A DNA stretch of 32,000 nt from Balneolaceae bacterium. Lineage in GTDB: Bacteria; Bacteroidota; Rhodothermia; Balneolales; Balneolaceae. A program made the position numbers and the translations under genes. The notes under the pieces are model-generated. The model was not told where the DNA came from. It worked only from the letters and a program-made list of their open reading frames with translations, and made no database searches. Position 1 is the stretch's first letter, and every line of letters starts with the position of its first letter. Positions 10,021-18,683 of the stretch are shown here, piece after piece. The stretch lies in NCBI GenBank assembly GCA_965228545.1, contig OZ245822.1:3162795-3194794 (forward strand), in the 5' to 3' direction.

Positions 10021-10092
10021 AGTGTTAAATGGTAAGATTTAAATGCTAAATTAATCTTCAATTAAGCATTTAACAATTAACACTTATCATTT
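10021..10092 (+). terminator. Long AT-rich nested hairpin plus T-run (candidate terminator or regulatory stem-loop) between fdxA and folP
   Basis: The outer arms are AGTGTTAAATG (10021-10031) and CAATTAACACT (10074-10084), matching 10/11. The inner arms TTAAATGCT (10039-10047) and AGCATTTAA (10065-10073) are perfect. CATTTTT follows. Confidence 0.4.
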
Positions 10093-10920
10093 TTGCCTAA
10101 TACTAATTCGCATTTTAGTAACTCGTCGCCAATAATCATGGGTGTGTTGAATGTTACCCCCGATTCGTTCAGTGATGGGGGTAAGTTCAATACTGTTGAT
10201 GCCGCATTGCATCAAATTGAACAAATGATTGCTGATGGAGCATCAATTATTGATGTGGGCGGAGAATCTACTCGACCTAACGCAGAACCGGTATCATTGG
10301 AAGTGGAATTACAACGCGTGATTCCTGTGCTACAAAAAGCGATACCGAGATTCCCCAATGCCACATTCTCTATTGATACCACAAAAAATGAGGTAGCAAT
10401 TCAGGCTTTAGATTGTGGAGCTCACATTGTAAACGATGTGAGTGGATTAGAAAAAGAGCCGCGATTTGCGAAACTGTGCGCCGAATATGCTGCAACTTAC
10501 CTATTGATGCATGCTCAGGGAAATCCAAAAACCATGCAGGTTAATCCTACCTACGTAGATGTGATTTCGGAATTGGAACAGTTTTTTGATGAAAAGATCC
10601 ATGTACTTAAGCAAGCCGGAGTTAAGGATATTATATTAGATCCCGGAATCGGATTTGGAAAAACATTGGATCATAATCTAAAAATCCTTGCCCACCTTGA
10701 TACTTTCACAAAAAAAGCGTTCCCTGTATTAGTTGGAGCTTCTCGCAAATCAATGATCGGGCAAATTTTGGACGGCCGCCCAACCGAAGATCGACTTACC
10801 GGAACCATTGCCGTGCATTACCATGCATTGATTCAAGGAGCACGAATTTTGCGTGTTCATGATGTGAAGGAAGCAAACGATTCAATTCGTATATTCAACG
10901 CAATAATATCTCACAGTTAA
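10093..10920 (+). CDS. folP: Dihydropteroate synthase
   Basis: It carries MGVLNVTPDSFSDGG, IIDVGGESTRP, DPGIGFGK and RVHDV motifs. The start is uncertain: TTG at 10093 or ATG at 10138. Confidence 0.9.
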   Translation: MPNTNSHFSNSSPIIMGVLNVTPDSFSDGGKFNTVDAALHQIEQMIADGASIIDVGGESTRPNAEPVSLEVELQRVIPVLQKAIPRFPNATFSIDTTKNEVAIQALDCGAHIVNDVSGLEKEPRFAKLCAEYAATYLLMHAQGNPKTMQVNPTYVDVISELEQFFDEKIHVLKQAGVKDIILDPGIGFGKTLDHNLKILAHLDTFTKKAFPVLVGASRKSMIGQILDGRPTEDRLTGTIAVHYHALIQGARILRVHDVKEANDSIRIFNAIISHS

Positions 10921-10932
10921 ACGGTTTCCCTT

Positions 10933-11748
10933 TTGATTCCCATCGGTTTTCTCGATTTCGGACTTATGGATTTTATCGAGACCCTGCTGATTGCAGGTGT
11001 ATTGGTATATCTATATCGGTGGATACGAGGAACATTCGCCATTCAAGCCGGCATTGGAATAATGCTTCTTGTAGCAATCAACCTGGGAATTCGGGTGTTA
11101 GGCTTCGATACCATCGACTTTATATTATCCGGAATTTTAGATGTAGGTATCCTCGCAGTATTCATCATCTTTCAGCCTGAAATACGAAAATTGCTATATC
11201 GATTAGGGCAAAACACCAATCTCGACCGTTTTTTTGCGCGCTCCAATTCTGATGACATGATCGACGAAGTTATAGAAGCCGTAAAAGTAATGTCGAAAGA
11301 AAAAATTGGTGCACTCATCGTTTTTGCTCGAACTACGGGGTTACAAGACATCATCGATGGTGGTGTAAATATAGATGCCAAAATCACTACTGAGATGTTG
11401 CTCACCGTTTTTCAAAAAGAATCTCCGCTTCATGATGGTGCTGTGATTATCCGCAACAATAGAATTATTGCTGCAAGTGCCTATCTACCCATTTCTCAAA
11501 ACCCAAATATTTCGCAATCATTTGGAACCCGACACCGTGCGGCAGTTGGAGTAAGTGAAATCAACAATGTGTTTGTACTAGTCGTATCGGAAGAAACCGG
11601 ACGCATTTCTATTTCCAGAAATGGCTCGCTCACCTCAGGGTTATCTATCCAAAAACTCCGCGCCGAAATGGAAGAAGCCTTCGGTACCGAAAAATTCGAA
11701 GAAGAAATGGGCTTCAGTTCCTCTCAGACAGAGATGAATTTGAAATGA
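10933..11748 (+). CDS. cdaA: Diadenylate cyclase (c-di-AMP synthase), membrane-anchored CdaA type
   Basis: Three N-terminal TM segments are followed by a DAC domain (GALIVF...SPLHDGAVIIRNNRIIAASAYLP...GTRHRAAVGVSEINNVFVLVVSEETGRISISRNG). TTG start; the alternative is ATG at 10966. Confidence 0.85.
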   Translation: MIPIGFLDFGLMDFIETLLIAGVLVYLYRWIRGTFAIQAGIGIMLLVAINLGIRVLGFDTIDFILSGILDVGILAVFIIFQPEIRKLLYRLGQNTNLDRFFARSNSDDMIDEVIEAVKVMSKEKIGALIVFARTTGLQDIIDGGVNIDAKITTEMLLTVFQKESPLHDGAVIIRNNRIIAASAYLPISQNPNISQSFGTRHRAAVGVSEINNVFVLVVSEETGRISISRNGSLTSGLSIQKLRAEMEEAFGTEKFEEEMGFSSSQTEMNLK

Positions 11749-11749
11749 G

Positions 11750-11890
11750 ATTTATTTGATCTAGTCAATTTCTTTAACAAATTCGTAATTCGTAATTCGT
11801 AATTCGTAATTCGTAATTCGTAATTCCTAATTCCTAATTCCTAATTCCTCCTCCCTTCACTTCATTTTCACATTGTTCCATTTATTTGAT
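11750..11890. repeat. Perfect 11-bp direct repeat pair (ATTTATTTGAT) bracketing a 119-bp segment
   Basis: ATTTATTTGAT occurs at 11750-11760 and again at 11880-11890. The bracketed segment contains the heptanucleotide microsatellite. Confidence 0.7.
11781..11850. repeat. Heptanucleotide tandem repeat (ATTCGTA)x6 followed by (ATTCCTA)x3 plus one degenerate unit (ATTCCTC)
   Basis: Read directly from the sequence. There are ten contiguous 7-bp units with a single C/G switch between the two blocks. The array is intergenic, between cdaA and the mutase gene. Confidence 0.95.
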
Positions 11891-11949
11891 TTGGTGAAAA
11901 CCCGTACATTCGGGATAGAAAATCGTTTCCATGAAAGAAAATCAAAGAT

Positions 11950-14097
11950 ATGTCGAACGAGAATAACGAAGCCAAAGCAAAATGGGAAGCCTCCGCAGAA
12001 AAAGCATTGAAAGGAAAATCCGTTGAGACGTTAAATCGAATGAGTCCTGAAGGCGTAAATATTCAGGCGTTATACAATCAAGCAGATTTGGAGCAACGCG
12101 GTGTCGAAGACAGCTTCCCCGGTCAGTTCCCATTTAAGCGCGGTCCTTATCCAACCATGTACACCCAGCGTCCGTGGACGATCCGCCAGTACGCCGGTTT
12201 CTCGACAGCAGAAGAATCAAATCGTTTTTACCGCGCGGCTTTAGAAAAAGGACAGAAAGGCCTGAGTGTAGCTTTCGATTTAGCTACGCACAGGGGCTTT
12301 GATTCCGATCACCCGCGTGTAGTGGGCGACGTTGGTAAAGCCGGTGTCGCTATCGATTCGGTGGAAGACATGAAGATTTTGTTTGATGGTATTCCGCTCG
12401 ATAAAATGTCGGTTTCTATGACCATGAACGGAGCGGTAATCCCAATCCTCGCGGCATATATTGTTGCAGCAGAAGAACAAGGAGTTGGGAAAGAAGCACT
12501 GAGCGGAACCATTCAAAACGATATTCTGAAAGAATTCATGGTTCGCAATACCTACATCTATCCGCCACAAGAGTCGATGCGTTTGGTGTCTGATATTATT
12601 GAATACGCCAGTAATCACATGCCGAGATTTAACACAATTTCTATTTCGGGATATCATATGCAGGAAGCCGGTGCGGATTCGGCGCTTGAGTTAGCGTTTA
12701 CGTTGGCGGATGGATTGGAATACGTAAAAGCCGCCGTGGATCGGGGATTGGATGTAGATGCTTTTGCTCCACGACTTTCTTTCTTTTTTGCAATCGGAAT
12801 GAACTTTTTGATGGAAGTGAGCAAGCTTCGCGCAGCACGAATGCTTTGGGCGGAATTAATGAAAGAACATTTCGATCCAAAAAATGCAAAGTCGATGATG
12901 TTGCGGACGCATTGCCAAACTTCGGGGTGGTCGCTCACTGCTCAAGATCCATTAAATAATGTGATTCGTACCACTATTGAAGCGATGGCGGCTGTTTTGG
13001 GTGGTACACAATCACTACATACAAACAGCTACGATGAGGCGATAAGCTTGCCAACCGAAACATCGTCTCGAATTGCCAGAAATACCCAAACCATTATTCA
13101 GGAAGAAACCGATATCACCCACACGGTTGATCCTTTGGGCGGATCTTATGCTATTGAATCGATGACACACGAATTGAAAGAAAAAGCGCGCGAAATTATC
13201 AACGAGGTATTTGAGATGGGCGGAATGGCAAAAGCCATCGAGCAGGGTTATCCGAAACGCAAAATTGAGGAAGCTGCGGCCATCAAACAGGCCGGGATTG
13301 ATAAAGGTGACATCACCATTGTTGGGGTGAACAAATACATCAATGAAAAAGAAGATCCTGTTGAGATTCTCGATATCGACAATACCGAAGTTCGCAATAA
13401 GCAGATAGCGTTAATCGAAAAGATCAAAAACTCTCGCGATAATGCGGCAGTAAAAGAATCATTAGAACAAATCTTTGAGGCTGCTAAAAATGGAGAAGGT
13501 AATTTGCTTGATTTAGCCGTGGATGCCACTCGCAAAAGAGCCACAGTAGGAGAAATCTCCAGTGCAATGGAGCGTGCTTGGGGCCGCCACAAAGCCAACA
13601 ATCAAACCATAAAAGGAGTGTACGAAAGCGTGTATCAAAACGATGAGTCTTATCAGCAGATAAAGAAGAAAATTGATGCATTTGCTGAAGAAGAAGGACG
13701 GCGCCCCAGAATTTTGGTGGTGAAAATGGGGCAGGATGGTCACGACCGAGGTGCTAAAGTAGTGGCAACCGCATTTGCCGATATGGGGTTTGACGTGGAT
13801 GTTGGCCCGCTATTTTCTACCCCTGATGAAGCTGCCAAACAAGCTATTGAAAATGATGTACATGTGATTGGAGTTTCCACCCTGGCTGCAGGACATAAAA
13901 CTTTGATCCCCGAACTCATCAAGCTCTTAAAAGAAGAAGGTGCAGATGATATTATGATTGTTGCAGGTGGTGTGATTCCTGTTCAGGATTATGAGTTCCT
14001 ATACAATGCCGGAGTGAAAGCTATTTTTGGTCCGGGAACGAATATTCCGAAAGCTGCTTCTGAAGTGATCGACGAAATAAGAGCGATGAAAAAATGA
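11950..14097 (+). CDS. scpA: Methylmalonyl-CoA mutase, single-chain form (catalytic plus B12-binding domains)
   Basis: It has [26 protein letters not shown] and [21 protein letters not shown]. The Tyr and Arg in these motifs distinguish MCM from isobutyryl-CoA mutase. The C-terminal B12 motif is [12 protein letters not shown]. Confidence 0.92.
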   Translation: MSNENNEAKAKWEASAEKALKGKSVETLNRMSPEGVNIQALYNQADLEQRGVEDSFPGQFPFKRGPYPTMYTQRPWTIRQYAGFSTAEESNRFYRAALEKGQKGLSVAFDLATHRGFDSDHPRVVGDVGKAGVAIDSVEDMKILFDGIPLDKMSVSMTMNGAVIPILAAYIVAAEEQGVGKEALSGTIQNDILKEFMVRNTYIYPPQESMRLVSDIIEYASNHMPRFNTISISGYHMQEAGADSALELAFTLADGLEYVKAAVDRGLDVDAFAPRLSFFFAIGMNFLMEVSKLRAARMLWAELMKEHFDPKNAKSMMLRTHCQTSGWSLTAQDPLNNVIRTTIEAMAAVLGGTQSLHTNSYDEAISLPTETSSRIARNTQTIIQEETDITHTVDPLGGSYAIESMTHELKEKAREIINEVFEMGGMAKAIEQGYPKRKIEEAAAIKQAGIDKGDITIVGVNKYINEKEDPVEILDIDNTEVRNKQIALIEKIKNSRDNAAVKESLEQIFEAAKNGEGNLLDLAVDATRKRATVGEISSAMERAWGRHKANNQTIKGVYESVYQNDESYQQIKKKIDAFAEEEGRRPRILVVKMGQDGHDRGAKVVATAFADMGFDVDVGPLFSTPDEAAKQAIENDVHVIGVSTLAAGHKTLIPELIKLLKEEGADDIMIVAGGVIPVQDYEFLYNAGVKAIFGPGTNIPKAASEVIDEIRAMKK

Positions 14098-15059
14098 CGA
14101 TAGCCCAGCTGGCAGAAGGCATATCATCCGGAAAAAGGCGTCCCTTGGCGAAAGCAATCACTCTGATTGAGAGTAATAGGGTAGATGATCAAAAAAAAGC
14201 TGCTGAATTACTTAGCACACTTCCAAAGCGGGACGACTCCCTGCGAGTAGGTATTTCAGGCGTGCCTGGCGTGGGTAAAAGTACTTTCATCGAAGCGCTT
14301 GGAAATTTATTGATTAATCAAGGTCATAGAGTTGCGGTGTTAGCGGTAGATCCAAGTAGTCCAACTACCGGTGGAAGCATCTTGGGTGATAAAACCCGAA
14401 TGGAGGAGCTTTCAGGCAAAGAAGAAGCATTTATCCGGCCTTCGCCAACGGCAGGTACCTTAGGTGGAGTTGCCAAAAAAACAAGAGAGTCTATTCGTTT
14501 ATGCGAAGCCGCAGGATATGATATCATTTTAGTGGAAACGGTTGGAGTAGGGCAAAGTGAGTTTGAAGTAGCCTCGATGGTGGACTGTTTTTTAGTGTTG
14601 ATGTTGCCCGGTGCCGGAGATTCTTTACAAGGCATAAAGCGTGGGATTTTAGAAATCACCGATGTTTTGGTAATAAATAAAGCAGACGGTGATCAGAAGA
14701 AATTAGCAGAAATGGCAAAATCAGAATACAAACATGCATTCCACATGTTGGCACCAAAATATCCGGGAACTGAAGTAGCTATTTTAACAATTAGTGCACT
14801 TCAGAAATCAGGCATTGAAGAAGTTTGGGAAGCCGTGAATACCTTTAAGCAGCATTTAGTGGGTAACGAGTTATTCATCAAAAACCGAAATAAGCAAGAG
14901 TTAAACTGGTTTAAGCGCTTAGTTGAGGATGAACTGCTGCATAAAGTGTGGAATCAAAAAAGCACACAAAAATTTGTGAACGAATTGAAGCAAAGCATGC
15001 TGGCGGGGGAGTTGAGCCCAACAGAAGCTGCCCGGCGGATGATTGGCGAAATCACCTAA
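14094..15059 (+). CDS. meaB: Methylmalonyl-CoA mutase-associated GTPase (MeaB/ArgK)
   Basis: The P-loop is [13 protein letters not shown]. It also has [10 protein letters not shown] and NKADG motifs. It overlaps the mutase gene by 4 nt. Confidence 0.9.
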   Translation: MTIAQLAEGISSGKRRPLAKAITLIESNRVDDQKKAAELLSTLPKRDDSLRVGISGVPGVGKSTFIEALGNLLINQGHRVAVLAVDPSSPTTGGSILGDKTRMEELSGKEEAFIRPSPTAGTLGGVAKKTRESIRLCEAAGYDIILVETVGVGQSEFEVASMVDCFLVLMLPGAGDSLQGIKRGILEITDVLVINKADGDQKKLAEMAKSEYKHAFHMLAPKYPGTEVAILTISALQKSGIEEVWEAVNTFKQHLVGNELFIKNRNKQELNWFKRLVEDELLHKVWNQKSTQKFVNELKQSMLAGELSPTEAARRMIGEIT

Positions 15060-15145
15060 CTTCAATAGGATAATTACTTACGAGCTTTACGGTTAGTTTT
15101 TTTTCAGAAATCGTCTTTTTAATAGTAAAAAAGCGCTTACAATTG

Positions 15146-15153
15146 TATCTTTG
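15146..15153 (+). promoter_or_regulatory. Bacteroidetes-type -7 promoter element (TAnnTTTG)
   Basis: TATCTTTG lies 34 nt upstream of the ATG at 15187. The ORF-track TTG start at 15151 falls inside this box. Confidence 0.4.
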
Positions 15154-15186
15154 CTTCGCAAAAAAAGAGAATGTTTTAAAAAAGTG

Positions 15187-16350
15187 ATGAATCAAATCGA
15201 AAACGCTATTCCTCCTTTAACACAGCTCACAGAAGATGAGCAAATGCTGAGAGACGCAGCCGCAGATTTTGCAAAAAGCTCAATTGGTCCATTGGTACAT
15301 GAGATGGATGAGCAGGCTAAATTAAACCCAGGTCTTGTAAAAGAGTTTTTTGAGATGGGTTTGATGGGGATTGACATCCCCGAAAAATATTCCGGCGGTG
15401 GCGGTACATTTATGATGAGTATTGTTGCGATAGAGCAAATTTCTCGGGTGGATGCTTCTGCAGGTGTGTTTATGGATGTGCAAAATACCTTGGTGAATAA
15501 CGCATTCATCAACTTTGGTTCCGACTTTTTGAAGGATAAGTATTTGCCACAATTGGCTACCGAAAAAGTAGGGGCTTATTGCTTATCGGAAGCAGGTTCG
15601 GGAAGTGATGCTTTTGCACTAAAATGTTCAGCAAAAGAAGAAGACGATCACTTTGTATTAAACGGCGCAAAGCTGTGGATTACCAACGCAAATGAAGCTG
15701 ATATCTTCTTAGTGTTTGCAAACGTGAATCCGGAACTTGGATATAAAGGCATTACCGCGTTTGTAGTAGAGCGTGGATTTGAAGGATTTTCAGTATCTAA
15801 GAAAGAAGATAAGATGGGAATCAGAGCAAGTTCTACCTGCGAAATTCTTTTGGAAGATTGTAAAGTGCCAAAAGACAATATTCTAGGTGAATACGGTAAA
15901 GGTTATAAAGTAGCCATCGAAACATTGAATGAAGGACGTATTGGAATCGGTGCTCAGATGGTAGGTGTTGCACAGGGTGCTTTTGATGCAGCTTTGGAAT
16001 ACATCAAACAAAGAAAACAATTCGGAAAAGCCATTTCTGAATTCCAGGGCATCCAATTTCAATTAGCGCGAATGGCTACTGATATCGAAACAGCTAGATT
16101 ATTAGTGTACAACGCCGCGCGCATGAAAATGGCCGGACAACCTTTTCTAAAAGAAGCTGCCATGGCGAAGTTTTATTCGTCGGAAGTAGCTGAACGTGTC
16201 GCTTCCATGTCGATTGATCTTTTTGGCGGAAACGGATACGTAAAAGAATATCCTGTCGAGAAGTTTTACCGTGATGCAAAGATCGGTAAGATTTACGAGG
16301 GTACAACGAACATGCAGCTAAGCACCATTGCTAAGTTGCTACTTCGATGA
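15187..16350 (+). CDS. Short/branched-chain acyl-CoA dehydrogenase (ACADSB-like)
   Basis: It is collinear with ACADSB as I recall it (EKVGAYCLSEAGSGSDAFALK, GYKGITAFVVER, LNEGRIGIGAQM, YPVEKFYRDAKIGKIYEGTTNMQLSTIAK). I prefer ATG 15187 (MNQIEN...) over TTG 15151. Confidence 0.85.
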   Translation: MNQIENAIPPLTQLTEDEQMLRDAAADFAKSSIGPLVHEMDEQAKLNPGLVKEFFEMGLMGIDIPEKYSGGGGTFMMSIVAIEQISRVDASAGVFMDVQNTLVNNAFINFGSDFLKDKYLPQLATEKVGAYCLSEAGSGSDAFALKCSAKEEDDHFVLNGAKLWITNANEADIFLVFANVNPELGYKGITAFVVERGFEGFSVSKKEDKMGIRASSTCEILLEDCKVPKDNILGEYGKGYKVAIETLNEGRIGIGAQMVGVAQGAFDAALEYIKQRKQFGKAISEFQGIQFQLARMATDIETARLLVYNAARMKMAGQPFLKEAAMAKFYSSEVAERVASMSIDLFGGNGYVKEYPVEKFYRDAKIGKIYEGTTNMQLSTIAKLLLR

Positions 16351-16360
16351 GTGAGTGAGG

Positions 16361-16390
16361 AAGGGGGGCTTCGGTCCCCCTTTTTATTTT
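16361..16390 (+). terminator. Rho-independent terminator with C(UUCG)G tetraloop
   Basis: AAGGGGGGC-TTCG-GTCCCCC is followed by TTTTTATTTT. It lies between convergent genes, and the T-run overlaps the stop of the minus-strand gene. Confidence 0.85.
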
Positions 16391-17129
16391 ATAACGATTT
16401 CGCACACCTAAAACCAATATCGGTAGCAGTCACATCTCTCAAGGTTCCCACCCTCCAGTAAGTTCGGGTTGCCATTTCTTCTTCACCAAAACTACCACCT
16501 CGGATAATTCGAATTCCATCGGCATCATTATCATGTAATTGATCGGGTAAGCTGTAAAATTGATAAAACTCATCAATCCACTCAAACACATTTCCGCTCA
16601 TATCATAGAGTCCTAAATCGTTAGGCTTTTTTGTGCCCACCATAAAACTGAAATTGATTCCTGAGCTTCGAACAATGGCATACTCTTTTAAAAGTGATAA
16701 GCTATCTGACCCTGAGATAACATGTTCTTTACCGCCTGATCGCGCTGCATACTCCCATTCAGCTTCTGAAGGCAATCGATAGCCTAAACTTTTACAGAAG
16801 GCAAGGGCATCGTCCCAGGTAATATTTACAACGGCTCTATTCTCTCTGCCATATCGACCATCATCCGGTAATTTTTTTCCCGTATTGCTTGCGAATTGGT
16901 CGTATTGTGCGTAGGTAACTTCATATTTCCCTATCAAAAAAGGATCTACTTGAACTTCGTGTATTGGTAAGGCATCCGAATTCGAACGCTCATAAAAGTC
17001 GCCAATCAAATAAGTGCCACCCTCTATCTTAACCATTTCTGGCGCATAAGGTTTTAGTGATTTTTTTAGTATTGAGCAGTGTGTTATTAATAATGTTGTT
17101 ACAGCTAATAAAGTGCCCTTTTTAAGCAT
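16389..17129 (-). CDS. FGE-sulfatase (SUMF1/GldJ/GldK-like) domain lipoprotein
   Basis: The signal with Cys is LLAVTTLLITHCS. FGE-domain motifs are present (YEVTYAQYDQF, WDDALAFC, YRLPSEAEWEYAARSG, MSGNVFEWIDE, RIIRGGSF, DIGFRCAK). Confidence 0.8.
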   Translation of the reverse strand: MLKKGTLLAVTTLLITHCSILKKSLKPYAPEMVKIEGGTYLIGDFYERSNSDALPIHEVQVDPFLIGKYEVTYAQYDQFASNTGKKLPDDGRYGRENRAVVNITWDDALAFCKSLGYRLPSEAEWEYAARSGGKEHVISGSDSLSLLKEYAIVRSSGINFSFMVGTKKPNDLGLYDMSGNVFEWIDEFYQFYSLPDQLHDNDADGIRIIRGGSFGEEEMATRTYWRVGTLRDVTATDIGFRCAKSL

Positions 17130-17248
17130 ACAACAGATTTTTTTATGAAAGTTGAGTATTTGTGGGAATGATAACTACTTTGCCCAAGTTTAGATACGAT
17201 AGACTACAGATAATTTAGGTAATTAAGACAAATACTAAGTGGCGAAGA

Positions 17249-18130
17249 ATGAGTAACGAACAACAGAAAATTCTGGAACAACTTAAAGCAAATGCAAAAG
17301 ATGCAGAATCATTTAAGCACCTAGAGCAGCTTTTTGGCGACCTTTACAAGAAATACAATCAAGCACAAGAACATGTAGGTTTGCTTGAGAGTGCTATTCG
17401 TAATGATTACGATTCCATTCTTATAACAGAGCTCAATCTCGAACGTCCGGGGCCGAAAATTGTGTACGTTAACGACGGCTTTACTCGCATGACCGGCTAC
17501 ACCAAAGAAGAAGCAATTGGAAACACGCCAAGAATGCTTCAAGGTGAAAAAACAGATCGAGCTATCTTAGACCGCTTAAAGCGTAGGCTTATCGAAGGAC
17601 AGGCATTTTTTGGCCACACTATTAATTACCGAAAAGATGGTTCAGAATTTATTAATCAGTGGGATATTCATCCTTTGATTAATGCTGAGGGCGAGGTTAC
17701 GCATTGGGTTTCTTACCAACGAGATGTAACCGAAAAGAAAGAGACCGCAAAGGCAATTTTCAACACCGATTTTGATGACTTGCTGAAACGCAGAGAAGAG
17801 TTCACAATCAAATTTGAGAAGATTGCTCCTAAAGGAGAAATTAGCTGCAAGTTTATTTCCGAGGCTTTTGAAGAAATTACCGGGCTAAACAAAAACGAGG
17901 TATTTGATAAAGGGTTAGCATCGGTTATCCACAGCGAAGATTTCAGCCAGGTTCAAGAAGCGCTAGAAAAGGCTTTTAGCGGCGAACAATCTGCGCAGTT
18001 ATGTAGGTTTCGAACTACTGCAGGCGGATATATCGATATGTTACAGTCTTTTAAGCCGGTAAAGGATGAGTCCAATGGCGCCATCAGAAGCGTAAAATCT
18101 GTAGTTAAACTGGAATTGAAAGAAAGTTAA
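17249..18130 (+). CDS. Tandem PAS protein; the first PAS is LOV-like but lacks the adduct-forming Cys; no output domain
   Basis: IVYVNDGFTRMTGYTKEEAIGNTPRMLQGEKTD...INYRKDGSEFINQWDIHPL...VSYQRDVTEKKE is collinear with LOV domains (compare YtvA [33 protein letters not shown]...NYKKDG...IQNDITKQKE). A second, divergent PAS-like half follows. Confidence 0.75.
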   Translation: MSNEQQKILEQLKANAKDAESFKHLEQLFGDLYKKYNQAQEHVGLLESAIRNDYDSILITELNLERPGPKIVYVNDGFTRMTGYTKEEAIGNTPRMLQGEKTDRAILDRLKRRLIEGQAFFGHTINYRKDGSEFINQWDIHPLINAEGEVTHWVSYQRDVTEKKETAKAIFNTDFDDLLKRREEFTIKFEKIAPKGEISCKFISEAFEEITGLNKNEVFDKGLASVIHSEDFSQVQEALEKAFSGEQSAQLCRFRTTAGGYIDMLQSFKPVKDESNGAIRSVKSVVKLELKES

Positions 18131-18152
18131 ACAGCGATTGAAACTACTATTG

Positions 18153-18181
18153 AAAAAGCTCACTAATGTGGGCTTTTTTTA
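18153..18181 (+). terminator. Rho-independent terminator
   Basis: AGCTCAC (18157-18163) pairs with GTGGGCT (18168-18174) with one G-U pair. The loop is TAAT, a T7 run follows, and an A-run flanks it upstream. Confidence 0.75.
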
Positions 18182-18216
18182 TATTATGAAACAAAGTTTC
18201 TACCTAAATTAATGTT

Positions 18217-18642
18217 ATGACTATCAACGACATTCAACAACGTATCATCAAAGAATTCAGCTTATTTCAAGATTGGACGGATAAATATAAGCACATAATT
18301 AAACTGGGAAGTAAGCTAGAACCGTTACCCGAAGAAGATCATAAAGATGAAAATTTGGTAAAGGGATGTCAGAGTCAGGTTTGGTTGACGGCTCAACTTG
18401 ATGGTGACACCATAGTATTTAAAGCAGATAGTGACGCTGCAATAACCAAAGGATTGGTAGCATTGATGATTCGAGTATATTCGGGACAAACACCGGATGA
18501 GATTCTTGCTCATAATCCCGACTTTTTGAAACAAATTGGTCTGGCAGAGCATCTTTCACCTACACGAGCAAACGGATTAGCAAGTATGGTAAAGCAAATG
18601 AAGATTTATGCGATGGCATTTAAATCGAAGCTGGTTAGTTAA
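18217..18642 (+). CDS. sufE: SufE-like cysteine desulfuration (sulfur acceptor) protein
   Basis: The active-site motif is KGCQSQVWL. The length and the DSDAAITKGLVAL region are typical of SufE/CsdE. Confidence 0.8.
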   Translation: MTINDIQQRIIKEFSLFQDWTDKYKHIIKLGSKLEPLPEEDHKDENLVKGCQSQVWLTAQLDGDTIVFKADSDAAITKGLVALMIRVYSGQTPDEILAHNPDFLKQIGLAEHLSPTRANGLASMVKQMKIYAMAFKSKLVS

Positions 18643-18683
18643 GTTTCTGAAATTTTTATAATATCGCATCCTTAAGGGATACA

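Noticed and set aside
11781-11850. The tandem repeats could be a CRISPR array.
   Set aside because: The units are 7 bp and contiguous, with no spacers. No cas genes are nearby. It is a microsatellite.
11851-11949. A cobalamin riboswitch upstream of the B12-dependent mutase.
   Set aside because: The ~100-nt leader is too short. It shows no B12-box-like G/C-rich core, only a 4-bp CCCG/CGGG hairpin.
11950-14097. Isobutyryl-CoA mutase or another acyl-CoA mutase instead of MCM.
   Set aside because: The substrate-specifying Tyr and Arg positions are of the MCM type. The 715-aa single-chain layout and the adjacent MeaB are typical of Sbm/MUT-type MCM.
15151-15186. TTG at 15151 as the start of the acyl-CoA dehydrogenase (ORF-track start).
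   Set aside because: This TTG lies inside a TAnnTTTG -7-like box. The added residues (MLRKKRECFKKV) have no counterpart in the family, and ATG 15187 gives a normal N-terminus.
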